From: Podarcis gaigeae
Lineage: Eukaryota
Direction: 5' to 3' (one strand)
DNA length: 64,000 nucleotides
NCBI GenBank assembly: GCA_964106915.2
Contig: OZ066918.1
The position numbers were made by a program, and so were the translations under genes. Each line of letters begins with the position of its first letter. Positions within the stretch are counted from its first letter, which is position 1. The notes under the pieces were generated by a model. The model was not told the origin of the DNA, searched no databases, and saw only the letters and a list, made by a program, of their open reading frames with translations. Below are positions 63,845 to 64,000 of this stretch, one piece after another.

Positions 63845-64000
63845 CCCTAGACAGACATTGGAATGAAGGGGATGCATAGATTTATGAGGCAGGGGGAGGG
63901 GAGGGCTGGCAGAAGGTCCAGCGGGTGCACCTTCCTTGTGGCAAGGGGTTGGTCTTGATCATCCTTCGGTTCTTTCCAGCACTATAACTCTAGGCTGCTA

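Noticed and set aside
40100-64000. KCNE4 or another host gene downstream
   Set aside because: No KCNE-like or other cellular coding sequence recognised; the long ORFs are BovB, L1 or L2 derived.

Overview
Vertebrate nuclear DNA from a squamate reptile, probably a lacertid lizard: it carries young Sauria SINEs, BovB, CR1, L2, L1-clade and Penelope remnants, and many Tc1/mariner and hAT MITEs. The window holds one complete protein-coding gene, ACSL3 (long-chain acyl-CoA synthetase 3), on the + strand. It has a CpG-island promoter at ~350-1200, candidate non-coding 5' exons, and 14 coding exons from 8459 to 34910, all GT-AG and phase-consistent (2166 nt, 721 aa). The 3'UTR may run ~5 kb, to ~40050. 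The rest (~40-64 kb) is intergenic and dominated by transposons; nearly all other ORFs in the track are spurious or TE-derived. I found no unambiguous new biological system. The best leads are: (i) a predicted three-exon 73-codon uORF that overlaps all ACSL3 start codons and is cut short by an optional exon; (ii) a solo LTR with an internal tRNA-Leu PBS-like motif; (iii) a Penelope inverted pLTR with a broken hammerhead ribozyme; (iv) a U2 snRNA 5' fragment; (v) a 5S-rRNA/CR1 chimeric SINE; (vi) a TSD-less Ngaro/DIRS-like insert. Family names and homologies come from recognition, not database searches.
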